Shown here piece by piece: positions 1 to 9,434 of a stretch of 64,000 nt of DNA. Where the stretch lies: positions 174,717 to 238,716 of the forward strand of contig CAVRPQ010000005.1 of NCBI GenBank assembly GCA_963723125.1, in the 5' to 3' direction. Made by a program: the position numbers and the translations under genes. Each line of letters opens with the position of its first letter. Positions within the stretch are counted from its first letter, which is position 1. The notes under the pieces were generated by a model, which was given only the letters and a program-made list of their open reading frames with translations, searched no databases and was not told the origin of the DNA. The DNA comes from an uncultured bacterium. Its GTDB lineage: Bacteria; Verrucomicrobiota; Verrucomicrobiia; Limisphaerales; UBA11358.

Positions 1-139
1 GCCGGCAGCGAGAAATCCGAACCCCACCTTGCTTCTGTCCCTCGTCCCTCAGATGGAAAAGGGCTTTCACATTCGCTGTCCCCTTAAAGATCGTGCGCGG
101 AAGTTGCCTGGCAACCGGCGTGAGCCGGGTCAAACTCCT

Positions 140-925
140 TCAACCGTGACTTCGCGCCAAATTCCACAGGCCCATCACGACCATCAGCAGGCCGGAGAGA
201 CGTCCGCCTTGCGCTCCAAGCGGGGCGAGCTTTTCAAGCAGAATGAAAATTGTCAGCGCGCCAATCCACCATAGATTCATTACGCCGCCCACGAACAGCA
301 GCAGCATGAGCGCCCAGCAGCAGCCGAGGCAGTAAAGCCCGTGCGCCGCACCCAGCCGAAAGCCGCCGGCCACGCCGCGTTTCCAGTGCTGCGCGATAAA
401 CGCGGCCGGCGACCGGCAGAATTCAAGGCAGGTGCGTTTGAAGGGCGTGAATTGATAGAGTCCAGCCACCGTCAGCAGGATGCCGCCAAAGCCCCGCTCC
501 TGCGCTGCCATCATCGGTGAAAGCAAAAGCCAATGAGCGAACAGTCGCTGCAACGCCGTCGCCATCAGGCTGAACGCCGTCCAGACGAGCAGATAACCGG
601 CCGCAAACGAGTAAACGTGGACAGTAGCGCGCCGCTCATCCGGGCTTTTGCGAATCACGCCGGCATAAAGGAAGAGCGTGGGCGCGGCCGACGGCAGCAT
701 CATGCCCGTCATCATCACCGCCCACATCGCAAACAGCAGTGCCAGATGGGTGAAATCCCATGTGTCCGTCATCATCCAGGCGGACGGGCCTTGCATTGAG
801 CCATACATGTCGCGCGCCATCGGCACAATCCACGCCCAACAAAGCGCCACCGTGACAACCAAGGCGCCGCCGATGAGCCAGCGGTCACGCAACAGGAGGG
901 ATTCGAGCGATGTGCGTTCGGGCAT
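140..925 (-). CDS. DUF2182 family predicted metal-binding integral membrane protein
   Basis: 261 aa and very hydrophobic. Carries MWAVMMTGMMLPS, YQFTPFKRTCLEFCRSP and YCLGCCWALM motifs. Lies directly downstream of a DUF1326-like gene, its usual partner. Confidence 0.85.
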   Translation of the reverse strand: MPERTSLESLLLRDRWLIGGALVVTVALCWAWIVPMARDMYGSMQGPSAWMMTDTWDFTHLALLFAMWAVMMTGMMLPSAAPTLFLYAGVIRKSPDERRATVHVYSFAAGYLLVWTAFSLMATALQRLFAHWLLLSPMMAAQERGFGGILLTVAGLYQFTPFKRTCLEFCRSPAAFIAQHWKRGVAGGFRLGAAHGLYCLGCCWALMLLLFVGGVMNLWWIGALTIFILLEKLAPLGAQGGRLSGLLMVVMGLWNLARSHG

Positions 926-1513
926 CGGCTCAAGCAGGTTCAGCGCACGACGCCGTGCGTGCTCCAGTGAAACCGCGCGAGGTGGGCGTGCGAACCATTG
1001 AGTTGCAATTCGATGGGGCCGGTGGCGTTGGACGTGCCGCTCAAAACCTCGCTCTCGGTGAACTCGAAGCCGGTCGCCATGGTGACGATCACCTGATGCG
1101 GAGCGCCGGTCACGGGGTTGCGAATGGTTTCGCCGCTGCCTTCGAGAATCCCCGGCACTTTCACCCGCGCGGTGCGCGACGTGTAATCAATCGCCAGTTC
1201 GATGGGTTTGTAGAGTGTCGGCAGAAACTCGGTGATCGTGGTCGAAAAGACCTGCCAGATCAACGAACCCGGCTCGGTTTCGCCGCCATGGGTGATCGTC
1301 TCGATGGCTTTGCGCTGTTGGACATTCGCGCGTTCTTCAATGACCGTTTGCAGCTTGCCGTTGCCGAGGTGAATGGCATTCGGCCAGGCGGCGAGGATAC
1401 CCCAGCGCAAACCGTCGAGCGGCACGTCACCGAAGTGGCCCTTGTCAATCTGCGCGAATCCGGCGGCGCGACAATTGCCATAGGTGGGCAGGCCGTTGAA
1501 CTGGCAGGGACAA

Positions 1514-2874
1514 GGGTGCATCTTGACACTGTCCTTAAGATAAAGGCCGTAACGGTTCCTCGACTCGGCGAAACCTAAACCTATGGAAGCCGTGTCACTA
1601 TATGAAACCAACATCCAAGCCGTTTCCCCGTCTGGCTGACATTGAACGAGAGGTAGTGGCGGAAGCCCGCGAATGGGGACGCCAGCGACTCCAGGAGCGT
1701 CTGCAAAAACTAGCCCAAGAAAGCGGCGAAGTTTTTCCCCCTCCGGCAACGCCGACGAAGGCCTCTGAGCCTGCGCAGCGAACTGGGCGAGGTAAAACTG
1801 ATCGTTGACTACGGTCAGGACCCGCTCACCAGCCAATGGGGTTGTCCGCTGCTTGGGGCTTGGGAGTTGGGGCCGCATCAGAAGATTACCCCTGGTTACG
1901 CCGAAAAGCTCTGCTTCACCGTGACGGCCACCGGTTCGTATGAGGAGGCCGCCCAAGTCGCCAGCCAATGGGCGCCAAGCATCGATGATTCGACCTTGCA
2001 CAGGCTGGTGCAACGGATCGGGCAGCGTGCCCAGGAGCAGGCCAAGAGCCGGTATGAGTTGCCACCGCCGGAGCGCCTGCCCCAACGGCCCGCCAGTCCG
2101 TTGGCCGTGCTGATGGCCGACGGCTGCCAAATCCGCTATCGGGGTGGTGGTTGGGGCAAGCAACAAACCAAGAAAGACCGTGTCGAATGGCATGAATTGA
2201 AGCTTGGGGTGTTCTACCGGCACGAAGAGTTGGGCCACACCGAGGGCGGCCGCGGCCTGTTGGCGGATAAGATCGTGGTCAGTTGGCAGGAACAGGCATT
2301 GGAACTGGGGCGGCGACTTAACTGGGAAGCCCTGCGGGAAGGGTTGGGCCGTGCCCGGCAGATGCTGTTTCTGGGAGACGGAGCCGACTGGGTGTGGAAC
2401 CTCAAGCAGGATCGGTGGCATCAAGCCGTGGAACTTCTGGATTTTTACCACGGCAGCCAACACCTCTGGGATTTGGGCAAGGCGTTGCAGGGCGAAAGCC
2501 AACCCGCGCTCTCCCAGTGGGTAGAACCCCTGCGACACCAGATGAGACACGGTAAGGAAAAACAGGTCTTACGGCAGATTGCTGGTCTTCAGAAACGGCG
2601 TGGACCAACCGGCAAAGTGATCCGCCGCGAGCAGAACTATTTTCAGACCCACTCCAGTCGAATGAACTACCAACAGATCGCCAACCGAGGCTGGCCGATC
2701 GGTTCGGGGGCGGTCGAATCAGCGTGTCGCCAGAAACAATGTCGGTTCAAACGTTGCGGGCAGTTCTGGACCGCAAAAGGTCTCCGCAACCTTTGCGCCC
2801 TCGATGAAGCTCGTCGAAATCACCACTGGGACGAACTTTGGACCTCCAATTAAGGACAATGTCAAGATGCACCC
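1514..2874 (+). mobile_element. ISKra4-family-like insertion sequence, 1361 bp
   Basis: 25-bp terminal inverted repeats GGGTGCATCTTGACACTGTCCTTAA (1514-1538) and 2850-2874, 24/25 identical. The 9-bp target duplication CAGGGACAA is at 1505-1513 and 2875-2883. Confidence 0.93.
1602..2853 (+). CDS. ISKra4/UPF0236-like DDE transposase in two frames joined at TTTTTCCCCC (1732-1741)
   Basis: ORF 1602-1808 ends its conserved part at ESGEVFP. The +1 frame is open from 1714 to 2853 and contains MADG, GDGADWVW, LDFYH and GWPIGSGAVESAC motifs. Confidence 0.85.
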
Positions 2875-3067
2875 CAGGGACAACCCCACGCGCAATTGCA
2901 GTTGACAAATTCAAGACCCTGCATCTCCCATTCCACGTATTTGTTCATAGTTTTTCCTCCAAGACTTTTGCGACCCCAGCAGCTTTCGCGGGGCGCCTCC
3001 GGTTGTAGTTGCGTGGAAAAACTACGACAGCAGATGTCACTGGTCAAACGTGATGTCGAATCTGTTT

Positions 3068-5749
3068 TTAATCGTCATCGTCCCTCGTGCTTGTCGCCCA
3101 AGCCGGGTACGGCAGTTGCGGACCTTTTGTCGCGTCCCACAAGATGCGATTGAACACTTCTTCCGGGCATTGATCTTCCTTGTCCAGCGGCAGTTTCGCG
3201 GAAACCATCGCGTCCTTCCGCAGTTGCGCGTCCTGGATTTTCTTCGGCGGCGGATTCATTTCATCCAGCGGCACGTTGTTGGTCACGGCGTCGAACACGG
3301 TGAAGTCCGGCGTGTTGGTGAAGCAATCGAACATCGGCGTCGCGGTGGCGTCCATCTGGTTCATCGGGGGCAAACCGAGCATGAGTTCCATCGTGCGCAA
3401 CAAACTCGTCTGGTTGTACTGCGTGTGGACCACCACGCCGCGTTTGGTGTAGGCGCTGGCGACATAAGCCGTCGTGCGGTAGCCGCTGACGTGGTCCCAG
3501 CCGTCCTGTGGATCGTCTTCAACAGCGAAAATGCACGTGTTCGTCCAAAACCTGCTGTGGCTGACGGCATCAACAACCTGGCCAACAGCGAGGTCGTTGT
3601 CCGCGACCTGTGCGGCAGGCGTGGGCGAACCAAACTTAGTCCCGCTGGTATGGTCGTCCGGCAGCCAAACGATGACGAGGTTCGGCAAATTGTCCGCGAC
3701 TTCAAATTGTTTCAGCGATTTCTCAAATTGCGCCGCGCGATAAATATCCGGCACATCCAAATCCCAGCCGATGGTGTTGGTCATGACGTATGGCCGCAGC
3801 GCTTCGATGTCCGGCGTGTCGCTGATAGTGATTTCATCCGTGTCATCCACGAAATTGCTGTAGCAATCGAGGAAATGGATTTTCCCTTTTCGCGCCGGAT
3901 TGTTCCAATGTTTTGAATCGCTGGTGAATTCGCCGAAATCGGCGACGGTTTTGTTGTGCGAGAGCGCGTCGTTCCAAATAAAACCGGCGGGCGAATATGC
4001 CAGCGCATCGTCCGTGTCCTGTCCGCCGCCGCCGGCGGGATAACTGCGCGGCCATCCGGCGAATTCGCGCTCGACGTAATCGGTCGCGATGCCCGTGTCC
4101 GTCCATTGATGGCCGTCCGCGCTCAAAACGCTACAGCAATAAGTGTTATCAAGCAGGCAAAAATCGTGGACGATTTTGTGTTCGTTCGGCGTCACGCGCT
4201 CGCCGAAGACGCACAAGTCCGCGTCGCCTTCGCCTTCGCGCACGTCGCCGAGCACCTGGTCGTAACTGCGGTTTTCCTTGATGATGTAAATGACGTGCGA
4301 GAACACGCTCGGTTCGCCGATGCGTTCGGGCACGGGAACGGCGGGCTGATTTGCGCGCGGCGGTAGCTTTGCTTCCGCCAGCAGCGGGTAACGCAAATCG
4401 GCCAGCGCGGTTTGAGTGAACCTTGCCAATTTCTTTTTCGACGGCACCGGCACGAGCGACAATGAACCGCTGAATTGACGCGTGTTGAACCCGACGCCAT
4501 TACCCAAACCGGATCTCGCTTCCTCCATTCCGGCGGGAAGGCCTTTCAGGTTCGCCACGTAAATCTCCTTTCGTTTCACGTCACACGCAATGGAACCGGG
4601 GAACCAGCCGACGGGGATGAGGCCGAGCAATTGGGATTTGCCGGGTTTGAAACGGAAAACGGCGACGGCATTTTGGGTGCCGTTGCAAACGAACAGCGTT
4701 TTGCCCCCTTTATCGAACGTCAGCGCGTTCGGTTGTGCGCCAAACAAATCCGCCGGATTTTGCCGCGCGCAGATGGTCTCGACGATTTTGTCCGTGCGTG
4801 TGTCAATCACGCTCAACGTGTCACTGCCGGCGTTGGCAACCACCAGCCAGCGGCCGTCCGGCGACAACGCCAGCGCGCAGGCGTGCAAACCCGTCAGGAG
4901 TTCGGCGTTCGGAGTTGGGAGTTCGGAGTTCAAGTCAATCACCGAAACCGAACCTTCACTGGCGATGGAACGCGCATCCACGCGCACGCGCATGCCTTCA
5001 CCGGCAGGGCCGGTCGGGCTGACTGTGTCCGGCCTTCGCCCGCCCCAGTTGCTCACGTAAATTTTCTGGCCGGCGAGCACGACATCAAACGGGGCGACGC
5101 CGACATCCCAGGTCCGCAGAACTTTTCCGGTCGCGGCATCCAATTCGATAAGGCGATTGGAAAGATTGCCCGCCACATAAAGCTTTTGGCCGTCCGGTGA
5201 AACGGTGATGCCGGCGGGGATTTCCGCCTTGCGCATTGGCGCGTTGGCCGGCGGCAGCGGAAGGGAATACAGCGGCGAGATTTTGTGGTCCGCGTCAACG
5301 CCGAAAACCTTGATGTCACCGTTCACATTGGCCAGGTAAAGGCGTGTGCCATCGGGAGAAAAGACCAGGCCGGTGAAACTGAGTTTGGCCCTTTCGTTCG
5401 GTTGGAGAATGCCGGTGAAAATGGATTCGGTTGGCGGAATTTTGTCGTCCGCGGGCAACCGCACGCGTTGCAGGATCTTCCCCGTCGCCGGATTGACGAC
5501 GATGAGTCTTTTCGTCAGACCGGCAGTCACGAGCCGTTGGCCGTCGGGACTGAGCGCGAGCGCGTTTGGCCGGACATCGGGAAGTTCGACCAGAGTTCCG
5601 GCGGGCGTGACAAGCTGGTTGACGGGCGTGACCAGACCGTTGGTGGCCGCGCCGACGGATTCGGTCGTGGCGTCAAAATCTTCCGCCCCCCGCGCGGAAT
5701 TTAAAATCCAAAGCACGGTCAGCCAGCGAACAAATAAAATTCGTTTCAT
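3068..5749 (-). CDS. Secreted YVTN/YncE beta-propeller plus phosphoesterase (alkaline-phosphatase-like) protein
   Basis: 893 aa with a signal peptide and repeated SPDG/VSVID propeller blades. C-terminal part has HVIYIIKENRSYD, SADGHQW, DDHT and EDDPQDGWDHV motifs. Confidence 0.85.
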   Translation of the reverse strand: MKRILFVRWLTVLWILNSARGAEDFDATTESVGAATNGLVTPVNQLVTPAGTLVELPDVRPNALALSPDGQRLVTAGLTKRLIVVNPATGKILQRVRLPADDKIPPTESIFTGILQPNERAKLSFTGLVFSPDGTRLYLANVNGDIKVFGVDADHKISPLYSLPLPPANAPMRKAEIPAGITVSPDGQKLYVAGNLSNRLIELDAATGKVLRTWDVGVAPFDVVLAGQKIYVSNWGGRRPDTVSPTGPAGEGMRVRVDARSIASEGSVSVIDLNSELPTPNAELLTGLHACALALSPDGRWLVVANAGSDTLSVIDTRTDKIVETICARQNPADLFGAQPNALTFDKGGKTLFVCNGTQNAVAVFRFKPGKSQLLGLIPVGWFPGSIACDVKRKEIYVANLKGLPAGMEEARSGLGNGVGFNTRQFSGSLSLVPVPSKKKLARFTQTALADLRYPLLAEAKLPPRANQPAVPVPERIGEPSVFSHVIYIIKENRSYDQVLGDVREGEGDADLCVFGERVTPNEHKIVHDFCLLDNTYCCSVLSADGHQWTDTGIATDYVEREFAGWPRSYPAGGGGQDTDDALAYSPAGFIWNDALSHNKTVADFGEFTSDSKHWNNPARKGKIHFLDCYSNFVDDTDEITISDTPDIEALRPYVMTNTIGWDLDVPDIYRAAQFEKSLKQFEVADNLPNLVIVWLPDDHTSGTKFGSPTPAAQVADNDLAVGQVVDAVSHSRFWTNTCIFAVEDDPQDGWDHVSGYRTTAYVASAYTKRGVVVHTQYNQTSLLRTMELMLGLPPMNQMDATATPMFDCFTNTPDFTVFDAVTNNVPLDEMNPPPKKIQDAQLRKDAMVSAKLPLDKEDQCPEEVFNRILWDATKGPQLPYPAWATSTRDDDD

Positions 5750-5870
5750 TGATTTGAGACACTAACGCCTCTGAATTTGCTTTCAACTGGAAAATTTCGC
5801 GCGCCAGCCGGCTGCAACCCAAACGATTGCTTGTCGTCCGCGAAGAATCCAATTAACAATTCCACCACGC

Positions 5871-7205
5871 ATGATTTCCGGACTGCTGAAAATTTTCCAA
5901 CCCGTGCCGCCCGCGCCGGTCACGCTGACAGACCCGGTGGAAATCGCGTCGAAATACAGCCGCTGGCAGATTCGTGTCCTGATTTTTTCCATTCTCGGCT
6001 ACGCCACGTTTTATTTCGTGCGCGTCAATTTGAGCATCGCGATGCCGTTCATGGAACAGCAGCTTGGAATCACCAAGCAACAATTGGGCCTGTTTCTGAC
6101 GCTTTCGGGCGTGATTTATGGCGTGTCCAAATTCGGAAACGGCTTTCTTGCCGACCGCGCGAACGCCCGCGTTTTCATGTCCATCGCGCTTCTGGCCTCG
6201 GCCTGCCTCAACATCTGGTTTGGATTGAGTGTGACCGTCCTGGCGCTGGGCCTTGTTTGGATGTTCAACGGCTGGTTTCAAGGCATGGGGTTTCCCCCGT
6301 GCGCCCGATTGATGGCCAACTGGTTTCCGCCGAAGCAACTGGCCACCAAATTTCCAATCTGGAACATTTCCCACAACGTCGGCAGCATCGGAGTTCTTCT
6401 GCTTTGCGGATTTCTCGTCAGCGGAAGTTTGTTCGCGCCCGACTGGCGGCTCTGCTTTTTTGTTCCGGCAGCCATCGCGGTTGTCATCGCCATCCTGCTT
6501 TGGCTCATGCTGCCCGACACACCACCATCGGTCGGGTTGCCGGAATTTGAGGGCACGCATGTTGACTTGCCGGAGAAAAAATCGCACGAGGACTTCAAGG
6601 CCTTTGTGTTCCAGCAGGTTTTTTGCAATAAATATATCTGGATGCTCTCGATGGCGAATTTTTTCGTCTATACCATCCGCTACGCCGTCTTCAATTGGGG
6701 CCCGACGATGCTGCTTGAGGCAAAACACATCAAAATTCTGCACGCCGCCGGAATGATCGCCGGATTTGAGGCGTTTGGAGCGATGGCCGCGCTGCTCGGC
6801 GGTTGGATTACCGACCGTTTTTTTGGCGGACGCGCCGCGCGCGCTTGTGTGATTTACATGGCGCTGGGGGGTGTTTCCATTTTGCTCTTTTGGAAAATCC
6901 AGACGCAGTCGGAGTGGCTCATCACCGGCCTGCTTTGCGCCACCGGTTTTTTCGTCTATGGCCCGCAATGCCTGCTGGCCATCGCGTGCATGAATCTGGC
7001 AACCAAGCGCGCCGCCGCCACCGCCGTCGGCCTGACCAGCATTTTTGGCTACGCGAGCACGACGCTTTCCGGCTGGGGAATGGGATTCGTCGTCCAGCAT
7101 TACGGTTGGAACGCGGGTTTTGCGGGATTGCTCGCTTGCGCCGCGGTTGGAACCATTTTATTCGCCGCAACGTGGCCCGCAAAAGCCCACGGCTACAAAT
7201 CTTGA
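5871..7205 (+). CDS. MFS organophosphate:Pi antiporter, GlpT/UhpC/PgtP family
   Basis: 444 aa with about 12 TM segments. Motifs YFVRVN, YGVSKF, NGWFQGMG, WNISHNVG and YGPQ. Confidence 0.88.
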   Translation: MISGLLKIFQPVPPAPVTLTDPVEIASKYSRWQIRVLIFSILGYATFYFVRVNLSIAMPFMEQQLGITKQQLGLFLTLSGVIYGVSKFGNGFLADRANARVFMSIALLASACLNIWFGLSVTVLALGLVWMFNGWFQGMGFPPCARLMANWFPPKQLATKFPIWNISHNVGSIGVLLLCGFLVSGSLFAPDWRLCFFVPAAIAVVIAILLWLMLPDTPPSVGLPEFEGTHVDLPEKKSHEDFKAFVFQQVFCNKYIWMLSMANFFVYTIRYAVFNWGPTMLLEAKHIKILHAAGMIAGFEAFGAMAALLGGWITDRFFGGRAARACVIYMALGGVSILLFWKIQTQSEWLITGLLCATGFFVYGPQCLLAIACMNLATKRAAATAVGLTSIFGYASTTLSGWGMGFVVQHYGWNAGFAGLLACAAVGTILFAATWPAKAHGYKS

Positions 7206-7209
7206 AAAA

Positions 7210-8217
7210 TCAAGCAGCTTCAGGATCAAGCCGCTGGTCCGGCACAAGATAATGGCGGACGTAATCGTTCACGGCGTCTTCGAGAGAGGTAATCGGCGCA
7301 GTGTAGCCGGCGGCGCGTAACCGGCCCAGGTTCGCCTGTGTGAAATACTGGTACTTGTCGCGGATGCTTTCGGGCATCTCGATAAATTCGATTTTAGGCT
7401 CGCGCTTCAACGCAGTAAAAACCGCTCGCGCCAAATCCAGCCACGTCCGCGCCGCGCCGCTGCCGATGTTGAACAAACCACCGGCTTTTTCATCGGCGGC
7501 CAGATGCAGCGTCATGGCGACCGCATCCTTGACGTAAAGGAAATCGCGCTTCTGTTCGCCATCGCGAAAGTCTTTCCGGTAACTCTTAAAAAGACGAATG
7601 ACACCGGTTTCGCGCACCTGGCCGAAACTTTTGTGAACCACCGACCGCATGTCGCCTTTGTGATCCTCGTTCGGCCCAAAGACGTTGAAATATTTCAGCC
7701 CGACAATTTTATTCAAGTACCCGGCGCGTTTGGCATGCAGATCGAACAGATGCTTTGAGTAGCCGTACATGTTCAACGGGCGCAAGGTGTCGAGTTTGGA
7801 ATCATCGTCTTCCATGCCCGCCGAGCCGTCACCGTAGGTCGCCGCGGAAGAGGCATACACAAAGCGCGCCTTTTGGCCGAGCGCCCACGCGGCCAGGTCT
7901 TTGGTGAATTCAAAATTGTTGTGGATGAGGAAACTTGCATCGCGCTCGGTGGTGGATGAACAAGCGCCCAGATGCAGGATCAAATCAAATTTCCCCAGAG
8001 CGCCGTTCTGCAATCGCGGCAACAATTCGTCCGCTTCGATATAATTGGCGAAGCGCAAGGGCGTGAGGTTGCGCCATTTCTCATCTGGACCGAGGCGGTC
8101 GCAAACGACGATGTGTTCGCAGTCTTGGCGATTCAGCGCCCAGATCAGCGCACTGCCAATAAAACCCGCGCCGCCGGTGACCAACACCCGCGCGTCGGAA
8201 AAGTTATTGGGTTTCAT
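7210..8217 (-). CDS. hldD: ADP-L-glycero-D-manno-heptose 6-epimerase
   Basis: VTGGAGFIGS, HLGACSSTTE, YASSAATYG, YGYSK and YFNVFGPNEDHKGDMRS motifs. Start moved to ATG 8217. Confidence 0.93.
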   Translation of the reverse strand: MKPNNFSDARVLVTGGAGFIGSALIWALNRQDCEHIVVCDRLGPDEKWRNLTPLRFANYIEADELLPRLQNGALGKFDLILHLGACSSTTERDASFLIHNNFEFTKDLAAWALGQKARFVYASSAATYGDGSAGMEDDDSKLDTLRPLNMYGYSKHLFDLHAKRAGYLNKIVGLKYFNVFGPNEDHKGDMRSVVHKSFGQVRETGVIRLFKSYRKDFRDGEQKRDFLYVKDAVAMTLHLAADEKAGGLFNIGSGAARTWLDLARAVFTALKREPKIEFIEMPESIRDKYQYFTQANLGRLRAAGYTAPITSLEDAVNDYVRHYLVPDQRLDPEAA

Positions 8218-8291
8218 ATTTTCGCCAGCCGATGACTTGAGCATGACGGGAGCGCGGCGGGAATTCAAGCGCAACGATGCCGCGCAGCAGC

Positions 8292-9434
8292 CTACTGGTT
8301 GACATGCACCACGGTTGCCGGCGGGAAACCGTTGAAATACGTCGAGGAGGCGTGGCTGTAGGCGCCGATTTGTTCGCTGTAAAGCAGGTCGCCGATTTCC
8401 AGGTTGTCCGGCAGGTTTTCCGCCATGGACACCACATCCAGCGCGTCACAGGTCGGCCCGAACACGGAGCAGATTTGTGTCGGGCCGGACTTGAACGCTT
8501 TGAGGTGGTAATGGCAGTGGTCAAAGATGACGCCGGAGAACGTGTGATACACGCCGTCGTTGATGTAGTAGCGCAGCTTGCCGTCGCGCACGGCCTTGCC
8601 AACGATTTTTGAAACGGCGGTCGCGGCGGTCGCACAAAGGAAACGGCCCGGCTCGGCAAGAATCTGGATGTTTTTCGGAAACAACCGCTCCAACTCGCGG
8701 TTGATAACTCCCGCCAATTCGCGAAACGGTTTGACGCTGGCGTCGTAGGGCGCGGGGAAACCGCCCCCGATATCGAGCAGGTTCATCTTCGTGTAACCCC
8801 GGTCGCGCGCTTCCTTGAAAATGTTAGCGGCGAGATTGATGGCAGCGACGTAGTTTCCAAAATTCGTCGTCTGGCTGCCGACATGGAAACTGATGCCCTC
8901 GACGGTCAAGCCCACGCGGTCGGCTTCGAGGATCATGTCCACCGCCTCGCCGGGTGACGCGCCAAATTTCGAGGAAAGTTCCACCATCGCGCCGGTATTC
9001 GGCACCATCAGCCGCAAGGCCAGCCCGGCGTGCGGCGCATATTTTCTGATTTTCTTGATCTCTTCGTAATTATCGTAAGTGACCAGCGGCTTGTATTGGT
9101 CAAGTTGTTTCAAAGTTTCGATGGCTTTGATGGGATTGGCGTAAATGATCTTGTCCCAAATCCAATCCTGCCGCTCCTTCGCCGGCAGGCGTTTGATGTT
9201 TTCATAGACGTTTTCGAACTCCGGCATGGAGGCAACGTCGAAACTGGCGCCGGCCTGGTAAAACGTGCGGACGATGGCCGGGTCGGAGTTGGCCTTCACG
9301 GCATAGTAAACCTGGATACGCGGGAGGTGTTTTCTGAACATCGCGTAGTTGCGCCGCAATTCGTCGTGGTCAACGACGAACAGCGGCGTGCCATGTTTCG
9401 CCGCGAGTTTTTTGAGCAAGCTCTTTGAAATCAT
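8292..9434 (-). CDS. Fold-type III PLP-dependent ornithine (lysine/ornithine) decarboxylase
   Basis: YAVKAN PLP lysine, FDVAS, SFHVGSQ, DIGGGF, EPGR, GPTCDALD, GAY and FNGF motifs. Abuts the homospermidine synthase gene. Confidence 0.9.
   Translation of the reverse strand: MISKSLLKKLAAKHGTPLFVVDHDELRRNYAMFRKHLPRIQVYYAVKANSDPAIVRTFYQAGASFDVASMPEFENVYENIKRLPAKERQDWIWDKIIYANPIKAIETLKQLDQYKPLVTYDNYEEIKKIRKYAPHAGLALRLMVPNTGAMVELSSKFGASPGEAVDMILEADRVGLTVEGISFHVGSQTTNFGNYVAAINLAANIFKEARDRGYTKMNLLDIGGGFPAPYDASVKPFRELAGVINRELERLFPKNIQILAEPGRFLCATAATAVSKIVGKAVRDGKLRYYINDGVYHTFSGVIFDHCHYHLKAFKSGPTQICSVFGPTCDALDVVSMAENLPDNLEIGDLLYSEQIGAYSHASSTYFNGFPPATVVHVNQ

Larger units (their letters stand above)
940..2948 (-). 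pseudogene. DUF1326 family protein interrupted by an IS
   Basis: The N-terminus MNKYVEWEMQGLEFVNCNCAWGCP (ATG 2948, GGAGG RBS) continues in frame as CQFNGLPTYGNC...HWSTHGVVR (stop at 940) once 1514-2874 and one copy of the 9-bp duplication are removed. Confidence 0.88.

Noticed and set aside
1-139. Gene start at the window edge
   Set aside because: Too short to assign; no recognisable motif.
940-2550. 536-aa minus-strand ORF as a single real gene
   Set aside because: It is the antisense frame of the transposase running into the C-terminal part of the interrupted DUF1326 gene.
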